The notes under the pieces: generated by a model
What the model saw: only the letters and a program-made list of their open reading frames with translations
What the model was told of the DNA's origin: nothing
The model's database searches: none
In this document: positions 30,733-39,500 of the stretch, one piece after another
Layout: every line of letters begins with the position of its first letter
Numbering within the stretch: the first letter of the stretch is position 1
Origin: Vulcanimicrobiota bacterium
GTDB taxonomy: Bacteria; Vulcanimicrobiota; Vulcanimicrobiia; Vulcanimicrobiales; Vulcanimicrobiaceae
Assembly (NCBI GenBank): GCA_963777315.1
Contig: CAVZQC010000001.1
Coordinates: 192,001-256,000 of the forward strand
Direction of reading: 5' to 3'
DNA length: 64,000 bases
Translations under genes and position numbers: made by a program

Positions 30733-31456
30733 AGTCGAGGCGTTGTGGGACGACCTGCGCGACGGCATGCCGTCGATGCGCCAAGCCGTGACCGCGCATC
30801 TGCGCGAGTGTCCGCCGTGCCAAGATCTCTACGAACAATACGAAGGCGTGGCATACTGCCTCTCCTGCCTGCCTAAACCCGAACCGTCGTGCGACCTGGC
30901 CAAAAAGGTCGTCGAGCACATCGCTTCCATGAAACACCGTTATCGTACCGAACCCATTTCGCTCACGTCGGTGCAGACTCCGATCGGGCGCGTGTACGTC
31001 GGCTTCAAGCGAACCCGCATCGCGTTCATCGGACTGGATCGCGGCGAACACCCCGAGCAAGTGCGCCGGCAGGTGGAACACCGGCTGCGCCGCCCGGTGA
31101 TCTCCGCCGGTACGCCCGATTGGCTGGGGAAGCTGTTCGACGAATTCTTTACGACCTGGCACGTCGACGAAGACGCCGTGGACATCAGCGATCTAACGCC
31201 GTTCGAGCAGGCCGCGCTCAAGGCCGCAGCGCGCATTCCGCCGGGCGAAGTGCGAAGCTACGCTTGGGTCGCCGCGTCGATCGGGCGCCCGCGCGCCGCG
31301 CGCGCCGTGGGTCAGGTGATGGCGCGCAATCCGCTTCCGTTGTTTTTCCCTTGCCATCGCGTCGTCGATTCGAGCGGTGACCTGCATAACTACGGCTACG
31401 GGATCGAAATGAAAGCGCGGCTGCTCAGCATGGAGGGGTATTCTTCGCGGCGCTGA
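30719..31456 (+). CDS. zf-HC2 anti-sigma-like domain fused to methylated-DNA--protein-cysteine methyltransferase (Ogt)
   Basis: N-terminal C...HLRECPPC; C-terminal GEVRSY, ARAVG and PCHRVV. Confidence 0.88.
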   Translation: MRCREVEALWDDLRDGMPSMRQAVTAHLRECPPCQDLYEQYEGVAYCLSCLPKPEPSCDLAKKVVEHIASMKHRYRTEPISLTSVQTPIGRVYVGFKRTRIAFIGLDRGEHPEQVRRQVEHRLRRPVISAGTPDWLGKLFDEFFTTWHVDEDAVDISDLTPFEQAALKAAARIPPGEVRSYAWVAASIGRPRAARAVGQVMARNPLPLFFPCHRVVDSSGDLHNYGYGIEMKARLLSMEGYSSRR

Positions 31457-31565
31457 ACATCGGCAAGACATTCGTCCGCAGCTCCCTCAGAGATAGACGA
31501 ACGAGGGCAAACGGCCGGACAAAAGGGGGTGGTCGTCGTTAGTACAGACAGTAACACGATGATTG

Positions 31566-31600
31566 GAGGTGCCGCGCGTTAGCGCGGCACCTTCTTTTTT
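31566..31600 (+). terminator. Rho-independent terminator
   Basis: gaggtgccgcgc-gtta-gcgcggcacctt followed by a T-tract. Confidence 0.9.
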
Positions 31601-31651
31601 GTTCGCGGGCGCTACCAGGGGAACGGACGAACGCGGTTAACTTTTTCAAAG

Positions 31652-33304
31652 GTGGCCACACCGCTGAACGACCCGCGTCTCACCGCCATTCCCGACGTTC
31701 ATGGGCACGCAAAGGGCGAACACAAACCCTTTGTCGAGGAACGTCCCATCGCATACTCCGCCCGCATGCTGTTCTTGTGGTTCTATCATGCGTGCCAGCG
31801 CGGAGCTCCGCTCTTCCTGATGGTCAGCGACCACATCAATTACCTCACCTTTGAAGATCCCGGCGCGGTCCATACGGTGCGCCGCGCGCTCAAACTTGCG
31901 CAAGCCGGCGACCTGTACGGGGCGGCAGAGACCGCCGGCGTCGAAGTCGGGCACGCGCACGTCGTTTCGCAGGCAATGCGCCGCGGGATGCGCTTTTCCA
32001 TCGGCGCCGAGCTCGACAACGATCCGCGAGCCAGGCCCGACGCGCAGAACATCGTGGACGCCATGCGCCCGGACGGTCTGATTCGCTCGGTGCATTTCCT
32101 GACGATCGAGCACCCCGAGAAAGGCCCGGACTGGCAATGGCCGTTCGACAACCCCGAGTTCAAGGATCTTTACGACGCGATCGGCACCGAGCGCGTTTGG
32201 GAACTCTACGTGGCCAAGCTGCTCGACGACGTCGAAAAGCTTCCCGGGCACATCGTGGGCCACTTCTACGTTCCTGCGACGTTCGGGCATTGGCCCGCTG
32301 CCGCACGGTTGGAACAGTATGAGGACCGGCTGCTGGACGCATGCGCGGCGCGCGGAATGGCCGTCGAGATCAACACGCGGTTTCTCTACCGCGACAATCC
32401 CGAAGAGCTCAAGCAGAAATATCGCGGCGCGCTTGCGCGGCTGATGCGCAAAGCCAAAGCCCGAGGCGTCGGCATCGCCATCGGCTCGGACGCTCATAGC
32501 CCCAAGGATCAGGGCAACGCATTTGGTTCGGTTCTCAAAATGCTCGACGAGGCGAAGATCAACGAGATCGTGTTCCCCGTCGGCGGCCGCTTGGCGCGCG
32601 TCGCGCTGCGCGCCACCAAAGAGCATTTGCAAAAGATCAAAGCGCAAGAACCGCTGCCTGCGCCGGGCAGCAGCATCAGCGGATTCGGGAGAGCCGAACT
32701 GGGTTTACCCGAGCGCGAGGAAGCCCAAGAGCGTGAAAAAGCCGGCTCCCATTCCAAGTCCGGACGCGACTTAGGACCGCGCAAGCGCGCGAGCAGCCCG
32801 GCGCGTTCGAGCAAGAGACCCGTCAAAGACTTGGGCGACGGCAAAGCAAAAACCCTCGAGCCCCCCAAGCCTGTGCCCAAGGGCCGGGTTCGCGCGACGG
32901 CCGCCGCCAAGCCGGTAAAACCGGCCAAAACCGCGCCCAAGAGTTCAAGGCCGGCGCCGAAAGCGCCGGCTCAGGCGGCTAAGGCGGCCAAGCCTGCCAA
33001 GCCTGCCAAGCCTGCCGTGAAGTCCTCGTCAAAGCCGGCGGCAAAGAAGCCCGCCGGGAAAACGGTCAAGGCTGCGGCCAAATCCAAGGCGTCGCGCGCC
33101 GTTAAAGCAGCCAAGGCGCCCAGCCGCCGGAACGCTTCGGCCAAAAAATCCACGCCGGCCAAACGTTCGCCCGCAAAGAAAGCTTCCGGCAAGAAGGCCG
33201 CTCCCGGCAAGAAGGCCCCCGCGAAAAAGCGCGCCGGGACCACGCGCAAAGTTTCCGCGGCCAAGCGAACGGCAACAAAGAAATCACCTTCGAAACGCCG
33301 CTGA
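31652..33304 (+). CDS. PHP-domain (histidinol phosphatase-like) protein with Lys/Ala/Pro-rich histone H1-like tail
   Basis: DVHGH, SDH, SVH, VGH, EINT and GSDAH motifs; AKP/AKK-rich C-terminus. Confidence 0.8.
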   Translation: MATPLNDPRLTAIPDVHGHAKGEHKPFVEERPIAYSARMLFLWFYHACQRGAPLFLMVSDHINYLTFEDPGAVHTVRRALKLAQAGDLYGAAETAGVEVGHAHVVSQAMRRGMRFSIGAELDNDPRARPDAQNIVDAMRPDGLIRSVHFLTIEHPEKGPDWQWPFDNPEFKDLYDAIGTERVWELYVAKLLDDVEKLPGHIVGHFYVPATFGHWPAAARLEQYEDRLLDACAARGMAVEINTRFLYRDNPEELKQKYRGALARLMRKAKARGVGIAIGSDAHSPKDQGNAFGSVLKMLDEAKINEIVFPVGGRLARVALRATKEHLQKIKAQEPLPAPGSSISGFGRAELGLPEREEAQEREKAGSHSKSGRDLGPRKRASSPARSSKRPVKDLGDGKAKTLEPPKPVPKGRVRATAAAKPVKPAKTAPKSSRPAPKAPAQAAKAAKPAKPAKPAVKSSSKPAAKKPAGKTVKAAAKSKASRAVKAAKAPSRRNASAKKSTPAKRSPAKKASGKKAAPGKKAPAKKRAGTTRKVSAAKRTATKKSPSKRR

Positions 33305-33316
33305 GGAGTCTGGTTC

Positions 33317-35377
33317 GTGCCTGATATTTCGCGCGTACGCAACGTCGGCATCGTCGGCTCTCACCATGCCGGAAAAACCACGCTGGTCGAAGCAATCCTT
33401 TCGCATTGCGCGGCAATCGGCCGCAAGGGTACCGTAATAGAAGGCACCACGACCACGGACTACGAGCTGGAATGCATCAATCACGCGCAGTCGACGACCG
33501 TCGGCTTCGCGCACTGCGCGTGCGGGGCAAACGGCGAGGAGCCGATCGAAATGACGCTCGTCGACTGCCCCGGCTTCATCGATTTTTTCGAAGAGACGAA
33601 ACTGGCGCTTTCCGGGTGCGACGCGGCGGTGGTCGTCGTCGACGCAGATCCGTCTCGCGTCGCGCAAACGCAGGCCGTCGTGGAGTTCATCGAGTCCCGT
33701 AAACTGCCGCATTTGTTCCTCGTGAATAAAATGGATCGTCCCGGTTCGGATTTTGCCGGCACGCTGACGGCCTTGCAGGCCTCGTACGGGCGTCACGTCG
33801 TTGCCGAGCAATGGCCCGTCGGCGCAGCCGACGCATTCAAGGGCTACGTCGATTTGGCCGAACGCAAAGCGTATTCGTTCCAGGGCGCCGGCGAGCAAGA
33901 GTCCGGCGTTCCGGCCGAGATTCAGGAAGAGGTCGAGCTCGCGCGTGGTCAGCTGCTTGAAGCTATGGCCGATTTCGACGACCACCTCATGGAAGAGCTG
34001 CTCGAAGGGGTCGAGCCTCCGCAAGACGAGGTGCGTGAAGATCTCTGCAAGGAATGCGCGCACGATCAAATCGTGCCCGTGCTGGCCGCAGCCGCGCTGT
34101 CGGGCCAGGGCGTTGCGGCGGTCGTGCAGGCGATCCAAAAATGGTTTCCGTCGCCCCGAGAAACGCCGCTGGTCGATGCCGAAGGACGGCAAATCGACGT
34201 CACCGACGGCGGTCCCGTAGTCGCATACGTCATCAAGACAATTGTGCATCCGCAGTCGGGGAAAATATCCGTAGTGCGCGTGCTCTCGGGCACACTCAAA
34301 TCGGATGCGACCTTGACCGACATCTCCAAAGGCTCCGATAAGGTCCGTTGCGGCGGGTTGTACCGTTTGCAGGGCAAAAAACAGGAAGCGATTGCACAGG
34401 CGGGTCCCGGAAGCATCGTCGCCATCGGCCGCCTGGAAAACGTTTCCACCGGCGACACGCTGACCGAAAACGGCTACAAGATTCTTTTGCCGCGCGTGGC
34501 GGCTTCCGACCCGGTTTACGCCGTTGCCATCAAGCCCAAAGACCGGATGGACGAAGCGAAGATTTCACAGATGCTGGCCCGGATCATCGACGAGGATCCG
34601 GCGCTTCGTCTCGAGCGCGCGCCGATTACCAACGAATTGCTGCTCCTGGGCTGCGGCGAACAGCACGTTGCCATCGCCGTCGAACGGCTCACCCGCAAAT
34701 TCAAAGTCGAGGCGACGACGGCGCCGCCGGCGATCCCGTATCAAGAAACCATCGGCGCGGGCACCGAAGTTCACGGGCGATACAAACACCAAACCGGCGG
34801 CCATGGGCAATTCGGCGACGTATGGCTGCGCTTTGCTCCGCGCGAGCGCGGCAACGGCGCGACGTTCGAAGAACGAATCGTCGGCGGCGTGGTGCCGCGT
34901 CAGTTCATCCCCGCCGTGGAGAAAGGGGTGCGCGAAGCGCTCATGCACGGCAGCATCGGGGGGTATCCGGTGACCGACGTTCACGTCGTACTGTTTGACG
35001 GCGCGTACCACGACGTGGACTCGAGCGAACAGTCGTTCCGGACTGCAGCCGGAATGGCAGTGCGCGAAGCGCTTCCCAAGTGCAGCCCCGTAGTGCTCGA
35101 GCCTATCGTTCGCGTGCACGTCACGGTGCCGGCCGCGTACACCTCCACGGTCATTCAACAACTGACGGGCAAACGCGGTCAAATCCTGGGAATGAGCCCG
35201 GCGGAAAAGCCGGGGCACGACGTCGTCGAAGCCGACGTTCCGCAGGTCGAGCTTTCACGCTACATCACCGAATTGCGCACTGCCACCCAAGGTTTGGGCA
35301 CGTACGCCTGGCGTCACGAACGATTCGATCCCGTACCGGGCAAGTGGACCGGCCCGAAGGCCGCCGCCGGAGCGTAG
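33317..35377 (+). CDS. Elongation factor G-like protein (EF-G2 type)
   Basis: GSHHAGKTT, DCPG, NKMD, QTGGHGQFG and HDVDSSE motifs; lacks RGITI and the DTPGH His. Confidence 0.92.
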   Translation: MPDISRVRNVGIVGSHHAGKTTLVEAILSHCAAIGRKGTVIEGTTTTDYELECINHAQSTTVGFAHCACGANGEEPIEMTLVDCPGFIDFFEETKLALSGCDAAVVVVDADPSRVAQTQAVVEFIESRKLPHLFLVNKMDRPGSDFAGTLTALQASYGRHVVAEQWPVGAADAFKGYVDLAERKAYSFQGAGEQESGVPAEIQEEVELARGQLLEAMADFDDHLMEELLEGVEPPQDEVREDLCKECAHDQIVPVLAAAALSGQGVAAVVQAIQKWFPSPRETPLVDAEGRQIDVTDGGPVVAYVIKTIVHPQSGKISVVRVLSGTLKSDATLTDISKGSDKVRCGGLYRLQGKKQEAIAQAGPGSIVAIGRLENVSTGDTLTENGYKILLPRVAASDPVYAVAIKPKDRMDEAKISQMLARIIDEDPALRLERAPITNELLLLGCGEQHVAIAVERLTRKFKVEATTAPPAIPYQETIGAGTEVHGRYKHQTGGHGQFGDVWLRFAPRERGNGATFEERIVGGVVPRQFIPAVEKGVREALMHGSIGGYPVTDVHVVLFDGAYHDVDSSEQSFRTAAGMAVREALPKCSPVVLEPIVRVHVTVPAAYTSTVIQQLTGKRGQILGMSPAEKPGHDVVEADVPQVELSRYITELRTATQGLGTYAWRHERFDPVPGKWTGPKAAAGA

Positions 35378-35414
35378 CGAACAGCGCGGTTCTTACTCAG
35401 TGGAGGATTCCTTG

Positions 35415-37043
35415 GTGAAACGTCTTCTGGCGGCCGCCGCTTTGGGCGCGCTGCTCGCGAGCTGTACCCAAAGCGGAACGTCCGGAACGTCGGGTCGAAA
35501 CGCAGGCGGTCAACCCGGTACGCTGCGCATGTCGATTCAGCAGGACGTAAAGAATCTCAATCCGCTGCTCAATTCGAACACCACCGACGGCATGATCGCG
35601 TTTCTGATGTTCGAGCCCCTGCTGCACTCGGACGTCCAGGGCAATCCGGTACCGATGCTGGCCGCACAAGTGCCTACGCTGCAGAACGGCGGAATCTCCA
35701 AGGACGGCCTGACGATCACATATCACCTGCGCAAGAACGTAAAGTGGAGCGACGGCGTCCCGGTGACGTCCAAAGACGTGAAGTGGTCCTGGCAAGCCAT
35801 CGTCGACAAGAACAACAACATCATCTCCACGCACGGCTACGATTACGTGCGCAGCGTCGGCACGCCCGACGATTACACGGTCGTCGTGCACCTCAAACAG
35901 AGATTCGCGCCGTTCATCAACACGTTTTTTGCCGACAGCGACCAGCCCTATCCCGTGGCTCCGGCGCACGTTCTATCCAAGTATCCGAACATCAATCAGA
36001 TTCCGTTCAACAACAATCCCAACGTCAGCGACGGTCCCTTTAAATTCGTGCGCTGGGTGCATGGCGATCACATGGAGTTCGCCGCGAACGACGCTTTCTT
36101 CATGGGCAAGCCGGGACTGCGCAGCATCTACATTCGCATCGTTCCGGACGAAAACACGGCGATCAATCTCTTGCGCACGCACGAGCTGGACTGGATGTAC
36201 CAGGCGTCGATCAACAATTATCCGCAAGCGCGCAATATCCCCGGGGTCCGGCTCGCCTGGGTCGACGTCAACGGCTACGAGTACAGCCAATTGAACGTCC
36301 AGCGGCCGTACTTGCAGGACGCGCGCGTGCGGCGCGCCATCGCGTACGCGATAGACAAGCGGCGCATCGTCGACACGACGACGTTCGGCCAAGAAAAAAT
36401 CGCAACCGAGGATCAGCCTCCGTTCATGTGGTCGCACGATCCCGGGATCGCAGACTATCCGTTCGATCCGGCCAAAGCGCGCCAATTGCTCGAGCAGGCG
36501 GGCTGGTCGCCCGGGCCCGGCGGCATCATGACCAAGGGCGGGCAGCCGCTCACGCTGGTCATGGTCAGCAACAACAGCAACGTGACGCGCCGCAAAAACA
36601 GCGTGCTGCTGCAAGCGATGCTGCGGCAAGCCGGCATTCAAGTGGAGGTGAAGTACTACCCGGGCGACGTGCTGTTCGCGCCGGCCGGCGAAGGCGGCAT
36701 TCTTCAGAGCGGAAAATTCGACATTTCGCTCGCGGGCTGGTACTCGGGTATCGATCCCGACGACGCTTCGCAATTGACCTGCGCGAACGTGGCGCCCAAC
36801 GGGTACAACTATTCGCGGTATTGCAATGCGGAAATGGACGCGGCGCAAAACATCGCCCTGGACAACTACGACCGGCCAACGCGCAAGAAAGCATACTTTC
36901 ACATTCAGCAGCTGCTGCATCGCGACGTGCCGATGATATACTACTGGTACACGCGTCAGATGCAACCCGTCAGCGTAAACTTCAAGGGATTCGCCCCCAA
37001 TCCGGTGACCGAATCCTGGAACGCGTGGCAATGGAGTATCTAG
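35415..37043 (+). CDS. Peptide ABC transporter substrate-binding lipoprotein (family 5)
   Basis: Lipobox LASC; LRKNVKWSDGVPVTSKDV; RVRRAIAYAID. Confidence 0.92.
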   Translation: MKRLLAAAALGALLASCTQSGTSGTSGRNAGGQPGTLRMSIQQDVKNLNPLLNSNTTDGMIAFLMFEPLLHSDVQGNPVPMLAAQVPTLQNGGISKDGLTITYHLRKNVKWSDGVPVTSKDVKWSWQAIVDKNNNIISTHGYDYVRSVGTPDDYTVVVHLKQRFAPFINTFFADSDQPYPVAPAHVLSKYPNINQIPFNNNPNVSDGPFKFVRWVHGDHMEFAANDAFFMGKPGLRSIYIRIVPDENTAINLLRTHELDWMYQASINNYPQARNIPGVRLAWVDVNGYEYSQLNVQRPYLQDARVRRAIAYAIDKRRIVDTTTFGQEKIATEDQPPFMWSHDPGIADYPFDPAKARQLLEQAGWSPGPGGIMTKGGQPLTLVMVSNNSNVTRRKNSVLLQAMLRQAGIQVEVKYYPGDVLFAPAGEGGILQSGKFDISLAGWYSGIDPDDASQLTCANVAPNGYNYSRYCNAEMDAAQNIALDNYDRPTRKKAYFHIQQLLHRDVPMIYYWYTRQMQPVSVNFKGFAPNPVTESWNAWQWSI

Positions 37044-37582
37044 GACCGCGCGACCCTATCGCGCGGATCCCCGATCTGAACTGGCTGCGCAAAGTCATCG
37101 TGGAGCGCGCCCTTACCCGGGGTGACTACGTTCTGTCCGGCGGCGCTCGCAGCGACTACTACATCGACAAGTTCAGGCTCTTTTCCGACCCGCAGGTGCT
37201 GCGCCGGATCGCCCGGTTGTTCGTGCCGATCATTTCGGACATTACCCCGGACCTCATCGCGGGCACGGAGCTCGGCGGCGTCGTCATCGCGACGGCGGTC
37301 TCCCAACTGAGCAACATTCCCCTGCTCGCGGTCCGCAAGGAGCCCAAGGGCTACGGCGCGTTTCCGGGGGAATACGTCGAGGGGCCGTACGAGCCGGGTC
37401 AAAAGGTGCTGCTCCTCGAAGACGTAGTGACCAGCGGGCGGGAGCTGCTGGCTGCCAAAGCGCGCCTGGAGGAACTCAATCTACAGGTGACCTGCTATGC
37501 CGTGGTCAGCCGGGGGCTGGCACCGGTGCGTTCGCTCATACAATTCTCGTTGCCAAGAGGGCGGCCCCAGACGGAAAATTAG
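37031..37582 (+). CDS. pyrE: Orotate phosphoribosyltransferase
   Basis: LSGGARSDYYID, RKEPKGYG and LLEDVVTSG motifs. Confidence 0.82.
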   Translation: MEYLGPRDPIARIPDLNWLRKVIVERALTRGDYVLSGGARSDYYIDKFRLFSDPQVLRRIARLFVPIISDITPDLIAGTELGGVVIATAVSQLSNIPLLAVRKEPKGYGAFPGEYVEGPYEPGQKVLLLEDVVTSGRELLAAKARLEELNLQVTCYAVVSRGLAPVRSLIQFSLPRGRPQTEN

Positions 37583-37712
37583 TAGCCGTCCTGAAGCGCT
37601 TGGGCACTAAGGACCACCCCTCGGCAGCTACACTTAACGGTGCGCCCGGTCGATTGCTATTAAGAGGGCGGCGTTGTAGCTTGGGCAGGCAGTCAATCCA
37701 CGGCGTTATCTT

Positions 37713-39500
37713 GTGGGGGAGTTCGCTATCTTGCACGCAAAGGACGCAAGCGCTATAAGAGCGGCACACGCGCCGGGAGAGCATCTCGCTCGCTTGCGCG
37801 CGCTGTGGGATCTTGCGTTGCGCGACGACGCGACCCAAACTCAAATCGACGGCGTGCTGCGCGAAGCGCGCACGGCTCTGCACTGCGACTACGTTGAAGT
37901 GTGGAACGACGCCGCGCGCCAGCGCATGGCTTACGCGTCCGACGAGCATCTGCCCCGGCCCATCGGTTCGAGCGCCTTGTCCCGCAATGCCGCCGACGAC
38001 AAACCGACGATGTTCTTTCGCGATCCCGGCGAACATACTGCACTGCAGGAAATTCTGCGATCGCTCGGCTGGTCGACGATCCTCGTTCGAAGTTTTCAAA
38101 CCGGCGAGCATCGTTCGACCCTGTCCTTTGCATGGAAGACAGCGCGGCAGACGTTCGTGTCGGAGGTCGAACTGCAATACGTTGATTTCTTGACGCACGT
38201 CGTTTCGCGTCTCATCGAACTTGCCGAAAAGCAGCGGCAAATCAACGATAAGATGCTCAACGACCCGCTCACGGGATTGCACAACCGCGCGGCTACGCTC
38301 GATCACGCGGCGCTCATGCTTTCTTCGGCGAACCGCACCGGCGCGCCGCTGGCATTTCTGTACGTCGATCTCGACGGGTTCAAGGCCATCAACGATTCGT
38401 ATGGCCACGCTATCGGCGATAGAGCCATTGCCGAAGCGGCCAACCGCATGCGTTCGGCGCTGCGCCGGCACGAGATTGCCGGCCGTATCGGCGGCGACGA
38501 GTTCGCGGTGCTGGTCAACTTCAACGAAGACGGCGAACTCGAAGCCATCGCCCATCGCCTGCTCGAAGCGATCGCGGCGCCCATGACGTACAACGGCGTG
38601 GAAGTGCGCTTGAGCGCGAGCGTAGGCATTGCGGTCTTCCCGCAGGACGGTACGAGCGCCGAAGAGCTGCTCGCGCACGCCGACGCGGCAATGTACATCG
38701 CCAAGCGCAGCAGCGGCGCGGGATATGCCTTCTACGAAAGCGCCAAGTACGAGCCGGTACTGCTCCAGCAAGCCGAGACCCGCGATCCCGCAGGCAATGC
38801 GGATCGCCCATTCATCCTGTGCTTTCAGCCCATCGTCGATTCGAGAACCGGCCGCATCATCGCAGCCGAAGCCCTCATTCGCTGGCTGCATCCAACGCAC
38901 GGCCTTCTGCTCCCGGACAGTTCTCCGGACGACGGCGGCCGTTCGAGCGTACCGGCTCATATCGATCGCGCGGTCATCGAAGCGGTCTTCGACAGCGAGA
39001 AATATCGCGAAACTGCGCGCTCGATTCCCGTGCACGTCAACGTGAGCGAAGCTGCGGAAAATTTGTTTTCGGCTTATTCGAGCAGCCAGGCCAACATCGC
39101 GATCGAGATTCCGGAAATGCTGGTCGCCGACGACCCCGAGCGGTACGCCGCGTTCATTGCGCACATACGGGAACGCGGCTTCAGCGTCGGTCTTTCGAGC
39201 TTCGGCAACGCTGGGCTGGCACTGCGTCTGCTAGCGGATTTGCCGCTTGATTTCGTCAAGATCGGTCCCAAGCTGATCCCGGGAAAGCGGTTCGGCGCCG
39301 GTTCTGCCGCTGCCGCGAAGGCTGCGATCAAACAAGCCCATCACTTCGGATGGTCCGTAATCGCCGAAAACGTCGAAGAAGAATCGCAGCGCGAATGGCT
39401 GATCGGCGCGGGCGTCGACGGACTTCAGGGATACTACATCTGCAGCCCGCTCACGCAGCGCGACTTTGCCAACTGGCTACGCTACCGAGCCGCGCAATGA
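37713..39500 (+). CDS. GAF-like + GGDEF + degenerate EAL protein (diguanylate cyclase)
   Basis: DPLTGLHNR, DLDGFKAINDSYGH and GGDEF intact; EAL present but DDFG loop reads SSFG. Confidence 0.9.
   Translation: MGEFAILHAKDASAIRAAHAPGEHLARLRALWDLALRDDATQTQIDGVLREARTALHCDYVEVWNDAARQRMAYASDEHLPRPIGSSALSRNAADDKPTMFFRDPGEHTALQEILRSLGWSTILVRSFQTGEHRSTLSFAWKTARQTFVSEVELQYVDFLTHVVSRLIELAEKQRQINDKMLNDPLTGLHNRAATLDHAALMLSSANRTGAPLAFLYVDLDGFKAINDSYGHAIGDRAIAEAANRMRSALRRHEIAGRIGGDEFAVLVNFNEDGELEAIAHRLLEAIAAPMTYNGVEVRLSASVGIAVFPQDGTSAEELLAHADAAMYIAKRSSGAGYAFYESAKYEPVLLQQAETRDPAGNADRPFILCFQPIVDSRTGRIIAAEALIRWLHPTHGLLLPDSSPDDGGRSSVPAHIDRAVIEAVFDSEKYRETARSIPVHVNVSEAAENLFSAYSSSQANIAIEIPEMLVADDPERYAAFIAHIRERGFSVGLSSFGNAGLALRLLADLPLDFVKIGPKLIPGKRFGAGSAAAAKAAIKQAHHFGWSVIAENVEEESQREWLIGAGVDGLQGYYICSPLTQRDFANWLRYRAAQ

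Noticed and set aside
33317..35377. Tetracycline ribosomal-protection protein or novel GTPase
   Set aside because: Domain IV/V motifs match EF-G; the divergent switch motifs are typical of the known EF-G2 paralog class.
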